Virus record (IMG/VR): IMGVR_UViG_3300032295_003131
Location: 1 to 24,840 of that record
Reading direction: 5' to 3' (one strand)
DNA: 24,840 bases
Source of the DNA: a virus
Lineage: Duplodnaviria > Caudoviricetes
The position numbers and the translations under genes were made by a program. The notes under the pieces were generated by a model that was not told where the DNA came from, searched no databases, and saw only the letters and a program-made list of their open reading frames with translations. Shown here piece by piece: positions 24,548 to 24,840 of the stretch (the stretch's first letter is position 1; every line of letters starts with the position of its first letter).

Positions 24548-24840
24548 CACAACGAAAACGTATGGTAATCAAAACGATAGTACCAATAGGGTAACAATAC
24601 ACTATGGAGGAACTCGTAGCGGTAAGAGTTATGCTCTACTACAATGGTGTATCGTACAATGTTTAACTGATAAGGAAGAAGTTACGATAGTGCGTAAAAC
24701 GATACCTTCATTAAAACGAACGATATTAAAAGATTATAAAGATGTGATGATATCGTTGGGGATATGGGATGAGAACTCCTTTAACATAACGGATAGGGTG
24801 TACACATTTTGGAACGGGAGTACCATCCAATTTATAAGCA
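24531..24840 (+). CDS. terL: Terminase large subunit, PBSX/XtmB-type (3'-truncated by window)
   Basis: Not in the ORF track; MNLEINTT...HYGGTRSGKSY (Walker A)...IVRKTIPSLKRT...NGSTIQF, open to the window end. Confidence 0.9.
   Translation, partial: MNLEINTTKTYGNQNDSTNRVTIHYGGTRSGKSYALLQWCIVQCLTDKEEVTIVRKTIPSLKRTILKDYKDVMISLGIWDENSFNITDRVYTFWNGSTIQFIS

Noticed and set aside
1-24840. Alternative genetic code
   Set aside because: Standard-code ORFs tile the window densely, and the gene breaks in the tail module have TAA stops followed by new ATGs

Overview
AT-rich segment of a tailed dsDNA phage that probably infects a Bacteroidota host (TTTG...TAnnTTT-type promoters, no Shine-Dalgarno sites, A-rich leaders). 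The window runs from the portal C-terminus through head-completion genes, tail/hub genes and three Thr-linker fibre-like proteins. Next come a glycosyltransferase-like/methyltransferase cassette, a tape-measure-like protein and an XkdF-like protease. A divergent control region (15.55-17.05 kb) is followed by an early region of small ORFs, an HNH endonuclease, an ECF-like sigma factor, a Mom-like DNA modifier, and small and large terminase genes. Main points of interest: (i) an HPAT/SERGT-like glycosyltransferase-methyltransferase cassette directly after fibres with mucin-like poly-Thr linkers; (ii) an apparently split tail hub with two alternative paralogous continuations; (iii) a ~390-nt ORF-free structured transcript with its own promoter; (iv) a recurrent ACAA-N13-TGTTA putative late promoter; (v) helically phased IHF-like palindromes upstream of repeated early promoters; (vi) a four-member family of small paralogous early proteins. 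All protein family calls come from motif recognition by eye, not from database searches.
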